This document shows, one piece after another, positions 50,022-63,224 of a stretch of 64,000 nucleotides of DNA. Under the pieces are notes generated by a model. The model saw only the letters and a program-made list of their open reading frames with translations. It did not search any database and had not been told where the DNA came from. The stretch is from Octopus sinensis (Eukaryota). Every line of letters begins with the position of its first letter. The stretch's first letter is position 1. The position numbers were made by a program, and so were the translations under genes. The stretch is taken from contig NC_042999.1 in the NCBI RefSeq assembly GCF_006345805.1, forward strand, positions 54,498,001 through 54,562,000, read 5' to 3'.

Positions 50022-50400
50022 ACAGGCATGGCTGTGTGGTTAAGAAGCCCGCTTGCAGCCACGTGCCTTCAGGTTCGCTCCCAGTGCAGAGCATAAGTCT
50101 CTTCTATAATAGCCCCAAGCTAACCAATACCTCGAGAGTGCATTTGATAGTTGGAAACTCTATGGAAGCACAGTATATATATAATGTGTGGTGGGGTGTA
50201 TGTGTATTTGTGCAAGAGTGCGTTTTGTCATTGACCCACTCCGCCGCGTAATTTGGAGGTTTTGTATAAGGATATAGATAGAATAAATATCAGACTCTAA
50301 AATATGTTTTGGGGGTCGATTCGTTCGACCTAAACCTTTCAAGGCTGTGCCCCAGTATGGCCGCATGCCAATGTGACTGAAACAAGTAAAGGAGAAAAAC
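50022..50400 (+). mobile_element. SINE family A, old diverged copy
   Basis: ggcatggctgtgtggttaagaagc...ggggtcgattcgttcgacc...gtgccccagtatggccgc...gactgaaacaagtaaa. Confidence 0.75.
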
Positions 50401-50891
50401 AAGATTAAAATTTAAAAAAAAAAGAGATAAAAAAAGATGGTAGATCCGCGACCAGAGCTCAAATGGGTTATCCTGTAAACACTGGATTATCCTCAGTTTT
50501 CGCACGAAGCTATGTTGTCCTGTTGCATCACACTTGCTATTCCCCTCCTCCATACACAACCAGGCAGCCTTCTCCCTCACTAAAAATAAATCTGCGACTA
50601 GAAATGTGGTTCTGTACAAGAGTCTACCCAACGGTACCCCTAAAATAACTCCGTGGGTGGAGAGATGTTAACAGTGAAAATAATAAGATTAAATTATGTG
50701 GATGCGTTTTATAAACTGGTTAAAAGTCCTTCCACTAAATGAATGGCGGTGTCTGTTTGGTAAACATGTCTTATCGTTTTTCAAATCAAACCGGAAAAAC
50801 ATCAGTATATAAATAAAATTGTATTATATACACATGTTTTTTCACGTATACACCCATAGTTATATACACAGACGTACTCACACACGCACAC

Positions 50892-50974
<83 letters not shown>

Positions 50975-51007
50975 CAGAGAGAGAAAGAGAAAGGCTTGTA
51001 TATAGAC

Positions 51008-51100
<93 letters not shown>

Positions 51101-51664
51101 GAGAGAAAGAAAGGCTTGTATATAGACACACATATATAGATATATATACACAGATATATGTGTGTATAGACTTATAATCATGCGTTCATAATTACGTGCA
51201 TACATACATACATATATACATGGACAGACAGACATAGATGCATACATACTTACATGATATCCATGCATCACGAAAAACTCATTTCACCATTGATATTCGT
51301 TTCTACTATAGGCACAAGGCCTGTAGGGGAGAGGGCTCGTCGATTTAATCAACCCCACTGCTTATTTTATCGGCCCCGAAAGACGACCTTGGCGGAATTT
51401 GAACTGGGAATGTAAAGCTAGAGAACACAAAATTTATATTCACTTTTCAATATTTCTTAAAAGTTCCATTTGTCAAGAACTTTCGTAGCTCTCTTGCGAC
51501 CCAGTCATTGACAATAAAATTTTGTCCACGACCAACTTGTAGAAGCGCCGAAGTGTGACATAACCTTTTCACACTTCACAAAACACTTCGTAAAAGTCTA
51601 CTAAACTGGCTAAAATTGAATGTGCCATGATGTTGTGGTTTACATTCATAAACGCAAACACACA

Positions 51665-52270
<606 letters not shown>

Positions 52271-52548
52271 TATATATATATATATAAACTGTTGTGTCTG
52301 GGGAGAGTCATTCCATTTCCACTTATTCCTTATTTTTATTTTCCTAAAATGTTCGTTGCATCTTGCAACCTTTTCAATAGTCTTGACTCTGTCCGTTATT
52401 TACACTGCGTTCCCTTTTGTTTGTTTGTGCACATGTGTGTGGGTCAGTGTGTGTGTGTGTGTATGTGTGCCTATACATGCATACACAACAGAATATGCTT
52501 CAACACACGAACTCATATAAAGAATCTTGCAAACCAAATCCAAAAACG

Positions 52549-52638
<90 letters not shown>

Positions 52639-52639
52639 T

Positions 52640-52777
52640 ATGGGTACAGGACGTCAATAACGGTGCAAATAAGATGAAACACGTAAACAACGAGCAAAAA
52701 AATGAAAAACAGGCCAAGTAAACACAGAGAAAGGACCCTTCATTAGTTGCCGGCTGTCTATCTACTCATTGCGAGCA

Positions 52778-52782
<5 letters not shown>
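52640..52782 (-). repeat. TA-flanked element, family of 5262-5455
   Basis: gtacaggacgtcaataacggtgcaaataa...aacacagagaaaggacccttcattagttg. Confidence 0.75.
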
Positions 52783-52814
<32 letters not shown>

Positions 52815-52817
<3 letters not shown>

Positions 52818-52985
52818 GGTCCCGGGTTGAGTCGGGGTTAACCACAGTAAATAAGGTACTCAATACATAGCAGAGTAAATTAATTTATTTTATAGAAGGA
52901 GCTTCTACAGGACTAGAACTGTATGAACTGTTTGAATTAAACAGTTCTAGTCCTGTAGAAGCTCCTTCTATATAATAAATAAATA
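52815..52985. repeat. TA-flanked insert with a ~40-bp-arm hairpin
   Basis: tatagaaggagcttctacaggactagaactgt...acagttctagtcctgtagaagctccttctata. Confidence 0.85.
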
Positions 52986-52990
52986 TATAT

Positions 52991-53073
<83 letters not shown>

Positions 53074-53369
53074 TTTTATGTAGCGGGTTGAGTCAAAAGA
53101 TATATTTTCAAATTTTCACTGACAATTTTTGGCAGTTTGTCTCACCGTGCTATGTCATTAATTTGATACAACTTAGTGTCCAGTCATTGCCAAATTGTTT
53201 CTTCCTTAATTTCATATGTAATATATAAACATTTGCTCTTTTCAGTTCTATATTTAAGAGATGAGGAATTATGTACATTATTTACATTATCTACATTTGA
53301 CAGATAGTTTTCCTCATTTTGCAAGCAATAATAAATCTCTGAACGAGATGTAAACAGTAACTGCTCGAC

Positions 53370-53775
53370 AACGTAAAGTATACTAGCCATCTCAATATGG
53401 CTAACCACTAAGGGTGGGTGTTACTGTAGCTTTTAGCCCCAGGAGATCATCGTCTCCGGCTGGCTTTAGGCACACTTTCTGTGCCCTTATGGTATTTGCA
53501 AAAGGAGGTCATCCCTCTCTCGTAAACCTAAGTGATGCGCACGGACTGTGCGTAAACCTAAGTGATACGCACAGACAGGCAAATACCCAGAAACTGCAGT
53601 CCGTGCGTATCACTTAGGTTTACAAGAGAGGGATGACCTCCCTTTGCAAATACCATAAGGGCACAGAAAGTGTGCCTAAAGCCAGCTGGAGACGATGATC
53701 CTCTGGGGCTAAAAACTACAGTAATACCCACCCTCTGTGGTTAGCCATATTGAGATGGCTAGTATACTTTACGTT
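53370..53775. mobile_element. ~400-bp fold-back of the structured-motif family (~175-bp arms, internal 30-bp tandem duplication)
   Basis: aacgtaaagtatactagccatctcaatatggctaacc...tagccccaggag...ctcc.gctggct...cgtaaacctaagtgat mirrored on the right. Confidence 0.92.
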
Positions 53776-54075
53776 TCCTCATTTTGTTTGTTGTTAACAC
53801 AACATTTCGGCTGATATTCCCTCCAGCCTTCATCAGGGTCTTGGAGAAATTTCGAACCTAGGTTCTCGATCCTAAGGTATTTTTCGATGTTATTTTTATT
53901 ATTATTATTCAGGTCACTGCCTGGGGCTAGTAGCCCGCGCTCTATAATAATTAAAATAACATCGAAAAATACCTAAGGAATGAGAACCCAGGTTCGAAAT
54001 TTCCCCAAGACACCTAATGAAGGCTGGAGGGTATATGAGCCGAAGCGTTGAGTTAACAACAAACAAGATGAGGAC
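53776..54075. mobile_element. Fold-back with a hammerhead in each arm (53796-53840 minus; 54009-54054 plus, degenerate)
   Basis: Minus: CTGATGA-a-ggctg-gagggaatat-cagcc-GAAA-TG-TT-gtgtt. Plus: gacac-CTAATGA-a-ggctg...gagcc-GAAG-CG-TT-gagtt. Confidence 0.8.
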
Positions 54076-54201
54076 AAATATCCATTAAATGTAAATAATT
54101 TGTTAACAGGGGTGTTGTGCATCTATGCGTGTATATCTGCAAGTATTTGGAGTCAGTGTATGTGCAGATCGGTCTATTTTGTTTTATGTATGGAAGTTCA
54201 C

Positions 54202-54268
<67 letters not shown>

Positions 54269-54424
54269 GCATGTCGAGACATGTGCAAATGTATTTTTAT
54301 ATGCTAAACTTTTGGAAAGCTTTAAATATTTGTGACATTTCCATTGAATGCTTGTGTCTGTCGTCATCTAATTAGCTTTTTCGTCTCTGGTTTTGAGAAC
54401 CCGAATTACTCAAGACTGAGAAAT

Positions 54425-54464
<40 letters not shown>

Positions 54465-55207
54465 GCAGGCGTGTGTGCATGCGTGTGCATATTTGTGATA
54501 CACTGTCCTGCTGACAGCTTCTTATAAATTCTGGGACACCTGCATGTATTAGTGCGTGTATGTGTGTATGGAAATGTGTGTGTGTATAAGTATATACATA
54601 TATTTATGCATACATATACATACATGAATGTGTGCGTGTGTATATATATGTATGTATATATATGTGTGTGTATGTGTATATGTATGTTCATGCTTCCTAG
54701 CTGACATAGTCTTTTCCTTTGACAAAAACTGACGTTACCCACCACCCATACTTCACTATTTCAAGTCACCCCTTCCCTACTCCTCCATCTATCCTTTACT
54801 CCCTATTATCTACCCTTCACGACCCACCAACCACCATCTCCGAATTTTCCCTTCTCTAAACCCCCATCCACCCGGCTATATTTGCAACAGCTTATTTCTA
54901 CCCCTGCCACCCTTCCAATAGAGATGGCTGTGCTGTGTACAGATGACTTGCAGGTGCTGCTGTGTATGAGGAGGAGGAGGAGGAGGAGTGGAAATAAAAC
55001 TTCGTAGACGACAGGAGGAGGAGGAGGGAAACGTTGGAGTTGGTGGGTGGCTTGAGATTCTGTGGAATGGTCCCTGGAGTGATGGATATTTCACCACCAC
55101 CACCCTCCCTCCTTCAACAGATTGGCAATCTTGTAAAAAGAACAATGAACGAAACTGTGCTATACACCCTCTCCTCTCTCCACGGACTTTCTCTACATAC
55201 ACACACA

Positions 55208-55274
<67 letters not shown>

Positions 55275-58230
55275 TTACACATATAAATATATATACACAT
55301 ACTCACATATATATAAATATATATACACACACATACATAAATGCATACATACACACATAGACAAACTTACCTGCTTGGCTATAATTGTGTGTATGTGTGT
55401 GTCTGTAACACGTAGTGTGTGTGTGTGTGTGGTGGGGTGTATGCATTCTTAGATTCCTGTGATGCAAAAGTATTTGAAACTATTTTCGAATGATACCAAT
55501 GAGAAGTAAAGATAACTATAAACATTGCTTTAAGTCTTGAATACAACTCAAAGATGTTTCGTATTCTTCCTCATCCGGAAATATAATCGGTCTATGAAGA
55601 CTGGAGACGGGGCTGGAAGTGTTTTCATTGAGGTAGGTGGCAATGTGTACGGAAATAGTCTTGGAATCACAACATTCTTCTCAGCCCAAACAAACAGACA
55701 AAAGGAGAGGAAGAGAACCTACAGACAAATCTAATCTTAACGAGGAATGTAACAAAGGAAGCTGAAGCGTTTGTTTGTTCTTTAGATTGCTTCAGCTATC
55801 AGAAGGCCCTACTGGAGCACTCTCCAGATTGGTGTAGTTGTTTGCCGTAAACTATAGATACAGCTTCAACATGTCGACAACCAACGAACGAAGATTTGTT
55901 GATATTACAAGATTTTAGAAACTCTAAGTGATATGAAATAATTCTTTAATTCTTTTGAGGGACGCTGGAACTCGAAGCAGAAAGCTATAAATAGTAGCGT
56001 GTTGCATGTTGGCATTTCAAGTCCCTTCGATAGAATAAAAGTCGAAGGCTGATTGTGGGATTCGAACCTATATTTCCTTTAGACATAACAGACCATTGCA
56101 CCAAAGCAACTCCTCAATTTTTTTCCATCCATTTACGAGCTTTGTACTTACCAACGGGAATCGTCTGTTCTTTGTCATAGCAATTTAGAAACAATTTAGA
56201 GTGCTTGAAACTTATCAACATTGAACTGCATGTTATTTTCATCAGCCCAATTATATATATATATAGCATGAAGGTCATTTTGCAGTTTTACAATGTCATG
56301 GGGTTCCTCGGCCGTCTGTGATACTTTTGTATCATCAAAACAGCTGGTGAGAGTGGCTGGCTGTACGACTGATGGCACATCAAAGAAAGCCATTACAAAC
56401 AGCATTGATTCCAGTACAGTTCCATGTGGAACTCCGCTGCGGGTTGATGTCTCCCCAGAGAGAACACCTTTGGCTGCAACTTTAAAACGTCGTGCGGCCA
56501 CTCTTCCAGTTATCCAGTGATACCAAAGTCGCGTAGTTTGCGACATATCATCCCATGATCAATTTTGTCAAAAGCCTTAGCAAAGCCGCAATATATCACA
56601 CCCACATTTCATTGGTTGAGCTGTTGTTTCGGCACCCAATCATAATGCGGTAGTAGCTGTGTGAGGCAGTTCCTCCGTGGGGCGGAAACCATGCAGTGTA
56701 TTTGTGAGCAAGTTATTCTCTTCCAGGAACGTGATCAATCTCCTTCTGACAATGTGTTCCATGATCTTACGAATATGTGAAGTCAGAGAGATAGGCCCAT
56801 AATTTTTATGGACAGGGTATATGATAGCTCTTTTAACAGTCTGGGAAGTTTTCCATATGCAAGGAAACTCTGGAAAAGGATCTGCAGTGGTTTCGCTAGA
56901 GCTTTCGTTCATATTTTTAGGAGGACAGACGGAAATCCATCCGGGCCCGTTGCTGAGTTTGAGCTCATCTCATCAATGGCCGATATTACATCTTCCTCTT
57001 TTATGTCGATGTAATCAATGGTTGCCTTTTTCCTATGTAGGTCTGTAGTATTGAAGAGATCTTTAGGATCGCCCATCTGCCAGTTTCCCAGTAAAAATGT
57101 GATGACACACTGGAATTACTTATTTATTACTTCACTTATGCTCTTGGGGTTTGCAGTTAGCGAGCCGTCTTCTCCAAACAGAGGCCCTCCCTATCTTGTA
57201 GTGCACTGAGGCAGACTCTTTCGCGAACTTGTAGAAGGCTTTGGAATTTATTTCTATATTTTCCATCACCATTGTTTCTCTTTCTACCCTTTCCTTTTCA
57301 TGGGAGAGTCTGAGTTTATTTTCGATATCTAAAGGTTTCTCTTCTAGGAGGGATTTCTCACAGTCAATAAATTGTTTATTTAAGCGATTGGAGATCTTTA
57401 TTCTCTGTCTCATAAGGACTCTCCTATCTCGAGAAATGATGTTTTTGTATGTGGTTGTTTTCTTCTCTGGGACAAGTTTAATGCATATCGCTCGCATTAT
57501 TGATATCAATCTCTTGCATAGAGCGACCTTTAGGCCAATTTTACTGGATAATCCGTTTTTCAATTGACTTTCAGTCAGCCTTGTAACAGTTCAGACTAGA
57601 CAGGGTTTGAGTGCCGTCTGTGTGGAATACATCATTAATTGGTTTTAGACCATACATCGTCAGTTCTACCATGTTGTTGTCTTAGAAGATTATCAGTGCT
57701 ATCTTCCCGTTGTGGACAATACCTATTTTGCTAGTGAAACAGAGGTCTAATACGTGATCATTTCGGGTTGGGGAGAAGAGTATATTGTTTGCTCCATGAA
57801 CAGCATTTTTGTGAGGTCAAGTAGAGATTCTACTAGGTTAAGCTCTCTGCATGCCATTCGGCTTTCGGGCCATTTGATGGTGGGAAAGATGAAGTCAGCC
57901 ATCAGAAGTATATTAACACTTTGATCTAGTTTTGTTAGTACTTCTATCATCATTGTAAAGCTTTCCTCATATCTATCATCATGATTTGTGGCATCAGGTG
58001 GGCGATACAGTGTACATATTACCACATCCTGTTGCATTAAACGCACTGAGTTTGTCACAAACCGACTTTGAGTGTAACAACAAGGTTTGTGGTGTTACAT
58101 TTTCACGGATGTACAATGCAACTCCACCGTCACTTTCTTCTCGTTTGTCTGCATGGAACACAGCATACATTGGTCTGTGTATCTCTACGTTATTTATATC
58201 TGCAGAGAGAGAGAGGTATCCCAGTATGTG

Positions 58231-59255
58231 AATATATAAACAAGTGCCTGTCCAACAGTGATTGCATCATCTATACTCTCAACAATGCGCCCTTAAATAT
58301 GGTTTCTGATTACAAATATCTTGGGTCATACATATCATCATCTGGAAAAGATTTTCTAACTAGAAAGGGTATGGCCTGGTCAGCCTACAGGCTGACCAGG
58401 CCATAATGATGAAAAGGAATCTTATCTAAATCTCTATTTAATCCTAATGGATTATTTGAACCCCCTTCATGTAAAAACAAAAAATGTAAAATAACCAACC
58501 CCACAATAATAAAAGGAAACAAAAAATGAAAACAAAAAAATCGACTCAAAGTAGCATTATCAACAGAAAATCCTCCTCAAATTCAATATACTAAAACCTC
58601 CCCAATATATGGAACAACAGATACTAAATTAGTAATTACTGTCGCCCCCCAAAATGATATCTGACCTCAAGGTAAAACATACCCTACAAACCCAGTTAAT
58701 ATAACCAAAATATATAATAATACCCCAATATTTCAAGTATAAATACTTATATAAGAACCATAATATAAACCACATGCATAAGATCTGGTCATCAAATCTA
58801 AGTAGAGACTTCAAACCTGAAATCTTCAAAGCCACAGTCGAACCAATTCTACTATATGGCTCAGAAACCTGGACGTTATCAAAGAAGCTTGAGAGGCGGT
58901 TGGATAGAACCTACGCTCGCCTCCCTATGAGAGCTCAAAATCTCTCGTGGAAGCGTCATCCAACCAAAATGCAAATGTATGGGAAACTACAACCTATGTC
59001 ATCTCTTGTGAAAGGTAGGAGAGTCCAGTTTGCTGGACATTGTTGTAAAGCTGAAAACGAGGCAATTTCTACTCTTCTCCTCTGGAAGCCATCTACTCGC
59101 AACATCAGAGGGCGCACACTCTCCTACCCTGATGTAATCTCCAGGGATACAGGCATCCAGCAACAGGACCTCCGTAATGCTATGATGGACCGTGAAGTCT
59201 GGCGTAGCATGGTAAATTCCATTGTCTCGACCACGGTCGAACAATGATGATGATG
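58231..59255 (+). mobile_element. RTE-like LINE 3' portion with (ATG)n tail and 8-bp TSD
   Basis: DYKYLGSYISSSGKDFLTRKGMAWSA...MHKIWSS...VEPILLYGSETWTL; agtatgtg at 58223-58230 and 59256-59263. Confidence 0.92.
58403..58773 (-). pseudogene. cytb: Nuclear mitochondrial insertion (NUMT) of cytochrome b, ~123 codons, frame intact in the invertebrate mitochondrial code
   Basis: [123 protein letters not shown] with TGA=W, ATA=M, AGA=S. Confidence 0.97.
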
Positions 59256-60139
59256 AGTATGTGCAATGCATATCGCTTGATTACATACATAAAGATCCCT
59301 GAGGTATGTAACATTTTAATAGCTGTTGATAGGAGACCTCTAATATTTATTAAAAGAATTGGTGTGATTGCCGGCTTTGCGGCAATCACGACCATCTTGG
59401 GTCTGTTATTTGTGACGATCTTGTATGTGAGTGGGTGTAGCTTAGTTATAGTTGTGACCATGCCAGCTGCGGCACAATTTTTTGTGTCACACCTAAAACA
59501 TTTAGTTGCTCGATAGTTACATCTTGCACTGCACCCGCATACTTTCTTTGTTGCAGGCCTGTAGTGTGGTAAAACTTCCCCAGGGCATGGTTTTGTCCTA
59601 TCTTGTTGGAGGTGTGTTTGATCATGTGTACCGTCCAGCCTGAGCTTTGGATGTGCAAAGCGGCAGTTCGTTCCCATCTCACCATACCTGCAGATTCCTT
59701 TAGCATGGAATTTACAAATGGTACGTGCTTAATGTAATGTCCTGTTTCCGTTTCTCTTCTTTTTTGTTTCTTTTCTTGATACTTTTTGGATACTGGCCTC
59801 TCTTTCAACGATCTTCACAACTCCTTTTCTTTTTCCATTGTTTTGGGAGGTGGTGTTGGCGCTGCTTTTCTTGCAGGTTTTTGTGTTTCATTTTCAGTTC
59901 TTCCATCTCTATGAACTTCATGATGTATATATGTATCTATGAATGAATGCATGCATGTATGTATGTGTGTACACATAAGAAAAGTAGATGACAAAGGAAT
60001 AAATGATAATTGTATGAACTTCATTAGCTAACAGCTGTTTCCACTATAAGGTGCTCTGGGCTCATGGTTGAGTATCTGAGTAACATTTGATATAAATATG
60101 TATCTAAGTCACCATGATTGATCGCTAGCTCCGTAAGTT

Positions 60140-60557
<418 letters not shown>

Positions 60558-60628
60558 CATTAGTCCCTCGACTATCGCGGTGTTACGTTCTAAACCCTAA
60601 CCCCCCGCGATATGGCAAGGGGTTACTG
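60558..60628. mobile_element. Tigger/pogo-like MITE relic
   Basis: TA-cattagtccctcgactatcgcgg ... ccgcgatatggcaaggggttactg-TA; imperfect CAGT-type TIRs. Confidence 0.55.
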
Positions 60629-60656
60629 TATATATATATATATATTTATATATATA

Positions 60657-60790
60657 CGACAGGCTTCTTCCAGTTTCCGTCTACCAAATCCACTCACAAG
60701 GCTTTAGTCTCCCCGAATCTATAGTAGGGGATCTGAACTCGGAATTATGTGCCTTGGGAAGCTAGTGTCTTACCGCAGAGCCACGCCTGT
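60657..60790 (-). mobile_element. SINE family A, 5' part (deleted)
   Basis: cagtttccgtctaccaaatccactcacaaggcttt...gccacgcctg. Confidence 0.8.
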
Positions 60791-61209
60791 GTCTATCTTT
60801 GTTTATAATTTCGTTCTTTTATTCTAACAGCTTTACCAAAGACACCGCTCCAACATGTATATTGTGATTTATACATATGTTAGTGGTGGTCGGGGGACGG
60901 GTGTGTTATCCTCCCTCGGGCCCCTCACCAAATGTAATTCTATATATTATTGACTAGACGTTGCACCAGTTATAGTTATTTTTTATTTATTTTGGAAATC
61001 TCATAAAACATATCTTCAGGGCCAGTCTGCACTTTATGTGGAGATGTCTCTAAATAAATAAATACCCCACGTTCTGACGCTTGGGTTAGATCTCCCTATC
61101 TCTTACATTGAAGTTCACTGACTCATAGACATACAGTCTAGGGATATGAGATATTGTGTGTATAATGTGTGTGTGTGTGTGTGTGTGGTGTGTGTGTGTG
61201 TGTAAGTGT

Positions 61210-61276
<67 letters not shown>

Positions 61277-61292
61277 CATATATACATACATA

Positions 61293-62163
61293 CAGAGTGC
61301 GAGGGGTAAATTGTCACACTTTATATTTTTAATTTCGCTCATGTGCATCGTTTGTTTTGATATTACCAACTACACAGTATTGTAGGGTCAGTTGGGCACC
61401 GTCTGTGACAAGATCAGCCCCATGTCGCAATTAGGTCTGCCAGAAATTTGGAAACGACATGCTGTACTGCTTGGCATTCGCACCGGAAGCTCCAATACGA
61501 ACAGATGGTAAACACACAGAACGACCGTTGGCTTGCCATGTCCCCAAAACCTATACCGAGAGTGATCAAAATCAAACATCCAGTTTTCATCATGGTGTTT
61601 GGAGTGATCACTAGTGATGGCGACGTTATGCCTCCATTCATCTTCCCAGACGGCCTCAGACTCAACACGGAGGCCTACATCGAGTGCCTGGAGGAAGTAG
61701 TGCTGCCCTGGGTCAAGAGGGTGGTTGCTGGAAGACCCTATCTCGTGCAACAGGACTCAGCACCATGCCACACAAGCAGGAAAACTCACTCATGGATGTT
61801 AGACAATTTCTGCGACCACATCACATCTAACATCGGGCCACCTAACCCCCTTGATTGTTACGCGTGGCCGCAGTTGAGCGAGAGACCAACAAAACTCCTT
61901 GTAACACCAAAGATGAACTGAAGGCAAGGATTATGGTAGCTTTCGCCAACTTAAACAAGGAGACCGCCCAGAAGAGTTGCAGGAGATTCCGAAGTCGTCT
62001 GGAGGCCGTGGATGAAGTCAATGGCGATTTTATTGAATAAATTTACTCTTTAGTATTTCAAGATATGTTAATGCAATTTTGGTAAATATATCTGTTAAAA
62101 TGAAATATCAGTGTTATTTTCATATTTGCGTAATTTAGACGACAGTTTATTCACCGCACCCTG
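61293..62163 (+). mobile_element. Internally deleted Tc1/mariner transposon, DD37D (maT) type
   Basis: TIRs cagagtgcgaggggtaaattgtc / gacagtttattcaccgcaccctg with flanking TA; KHPVFIMVFGVITSDGDVMPPFIF...QQDSAPCHTSR...PPNPLD. DD37D spacing requires restoring an inferred 5-codon deletion (SPDxN). Confidence 0.85.
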
Positions 62164-62849
62164 TATATGCACACACACACACACACACATTGTCACAGAC
62201 CTTTCCCTGCGGCAGGGTTTTAACAAGTGACGCGGCACTACGTTGGAGATACTATGGTGGAGACACCAACGTAGCCTCGCACCAAAATGACGGAAACTCT
62301 AGAAAAGAGCGAAATATTAATTAGTGGTTGATTAATGTTTAATTAATAATTCTGTCAATTATTTGAAATATAATTTTTTTTTTTAAGATTATTAAGTAAA
62401 ATTGTTTAGAACAGGTCCACCAAGTCCGTCAGAATGCTGTCACCCTATCAGGTGACAGTTATATAATTAACATAATGATCAGTTAATTATATATTATTAC
62501 CTTATCATCGCCAATTTCCCCTTTCTACTTCTGCAAATTAACAGAGACCAACAGACAGACACAGCATCGGTCATATTTTGTCATTCTACCAAATTATTGG
62601 CAGCCACATTACAGGCTTCTGCTTGTTATTGTGGATGATGATGTTGATTCTAATGCTAGGCGGCCATATGAACACCTCTGTTTTTTAATGTTCTGGCAAA
62701 GTGCATTTAGAACTACATAATCCAAGATAACTTCTCGTCCTCTTTAGTAGAGTGTACTTTGGGGGAGTTGGCTGCTATTTCTCTCATATCAAGTAGCCAC
62801 GAAGAGACTTCTTCCTTTGATTATCAAAGTAGAATATATTCGTTATCAG

Positions 62850-63025
62850 TGAAGACGGTGAATTGGCAAAGTTGTTAGTGTTTGATTCTCCGTTATCTGA
62901 GTTCAAGCCCTGCAGAGGTCAACTTCGCTTTTCATCGTTTCGGGATCAATAAATAAAGTACGAATGCAGAGCAGTGGATTGGTGGATTGGCGGGAGACTG
63001 TCCTGACTCTTAAGGTTCGAAAACA
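62850..63025 (+). mobile_element. SINE family B, degenerate copy
   Basis: gacggtgaattggcaaagttgttag...ctgagttcaag...gaggtcaacttcgcttttcatcgtttcgggatcaataaataaagtac. Confidence 0.7.
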
Positions 63026-63224
63026 ACATTTGCCACGAATTGTATTGACTCAAGTTAGGAACAACAGCAACGAGAAGAACAAATTTAACCCAATCGAGGG
63101 CATTCGGACGTGATAAGAGCTTTCGCTGCGGAGATATGGCTTTACACGTATATTTTTTCTCAACGCTGCATCGTGCGATATTATATATACTTATGGATGT
63201 ACGTATGTATGTATGAATGTCATT

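Larger units (their letters stand above)
56190..59930 (-). mobile_element. CR1-clade LINE, long decayed copy (ORF1 remnant, APE, RT), interrupted by an RTE insertion
   Basis: CCCH-type CKFHAKGICRYGEMGTNCRFAHPK; LLINIRGL; LYRPPD; YGPISLTSHIRKIMEHIV...HGFRP; SGVPHGTVL...FDDTK...WADENNMQFNVDKFQ. Confidence 0.88.

Noticed and set aside
54876-55452. Overlapping ORFs with poly-P, poly-E and poly-R stretches
   Set aside because: Driven by (GAG)n and (CA)n repeats; no frame is clearly favoured and no homology is recognisable.
58403-58773. Functional nuclear cytb gene, or mitochondrial contamination of the whole window
   Set aside because: It is an internal fragment only, has TGA stops in the nuclear code, and is embedded in nuclear retroelements.
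62190-62290. LTR start (tgtcac) with hairpin ctacgttgg/ccaacgtag
   Set aside because: No partner LTR, primer-binding site or TSD identified.
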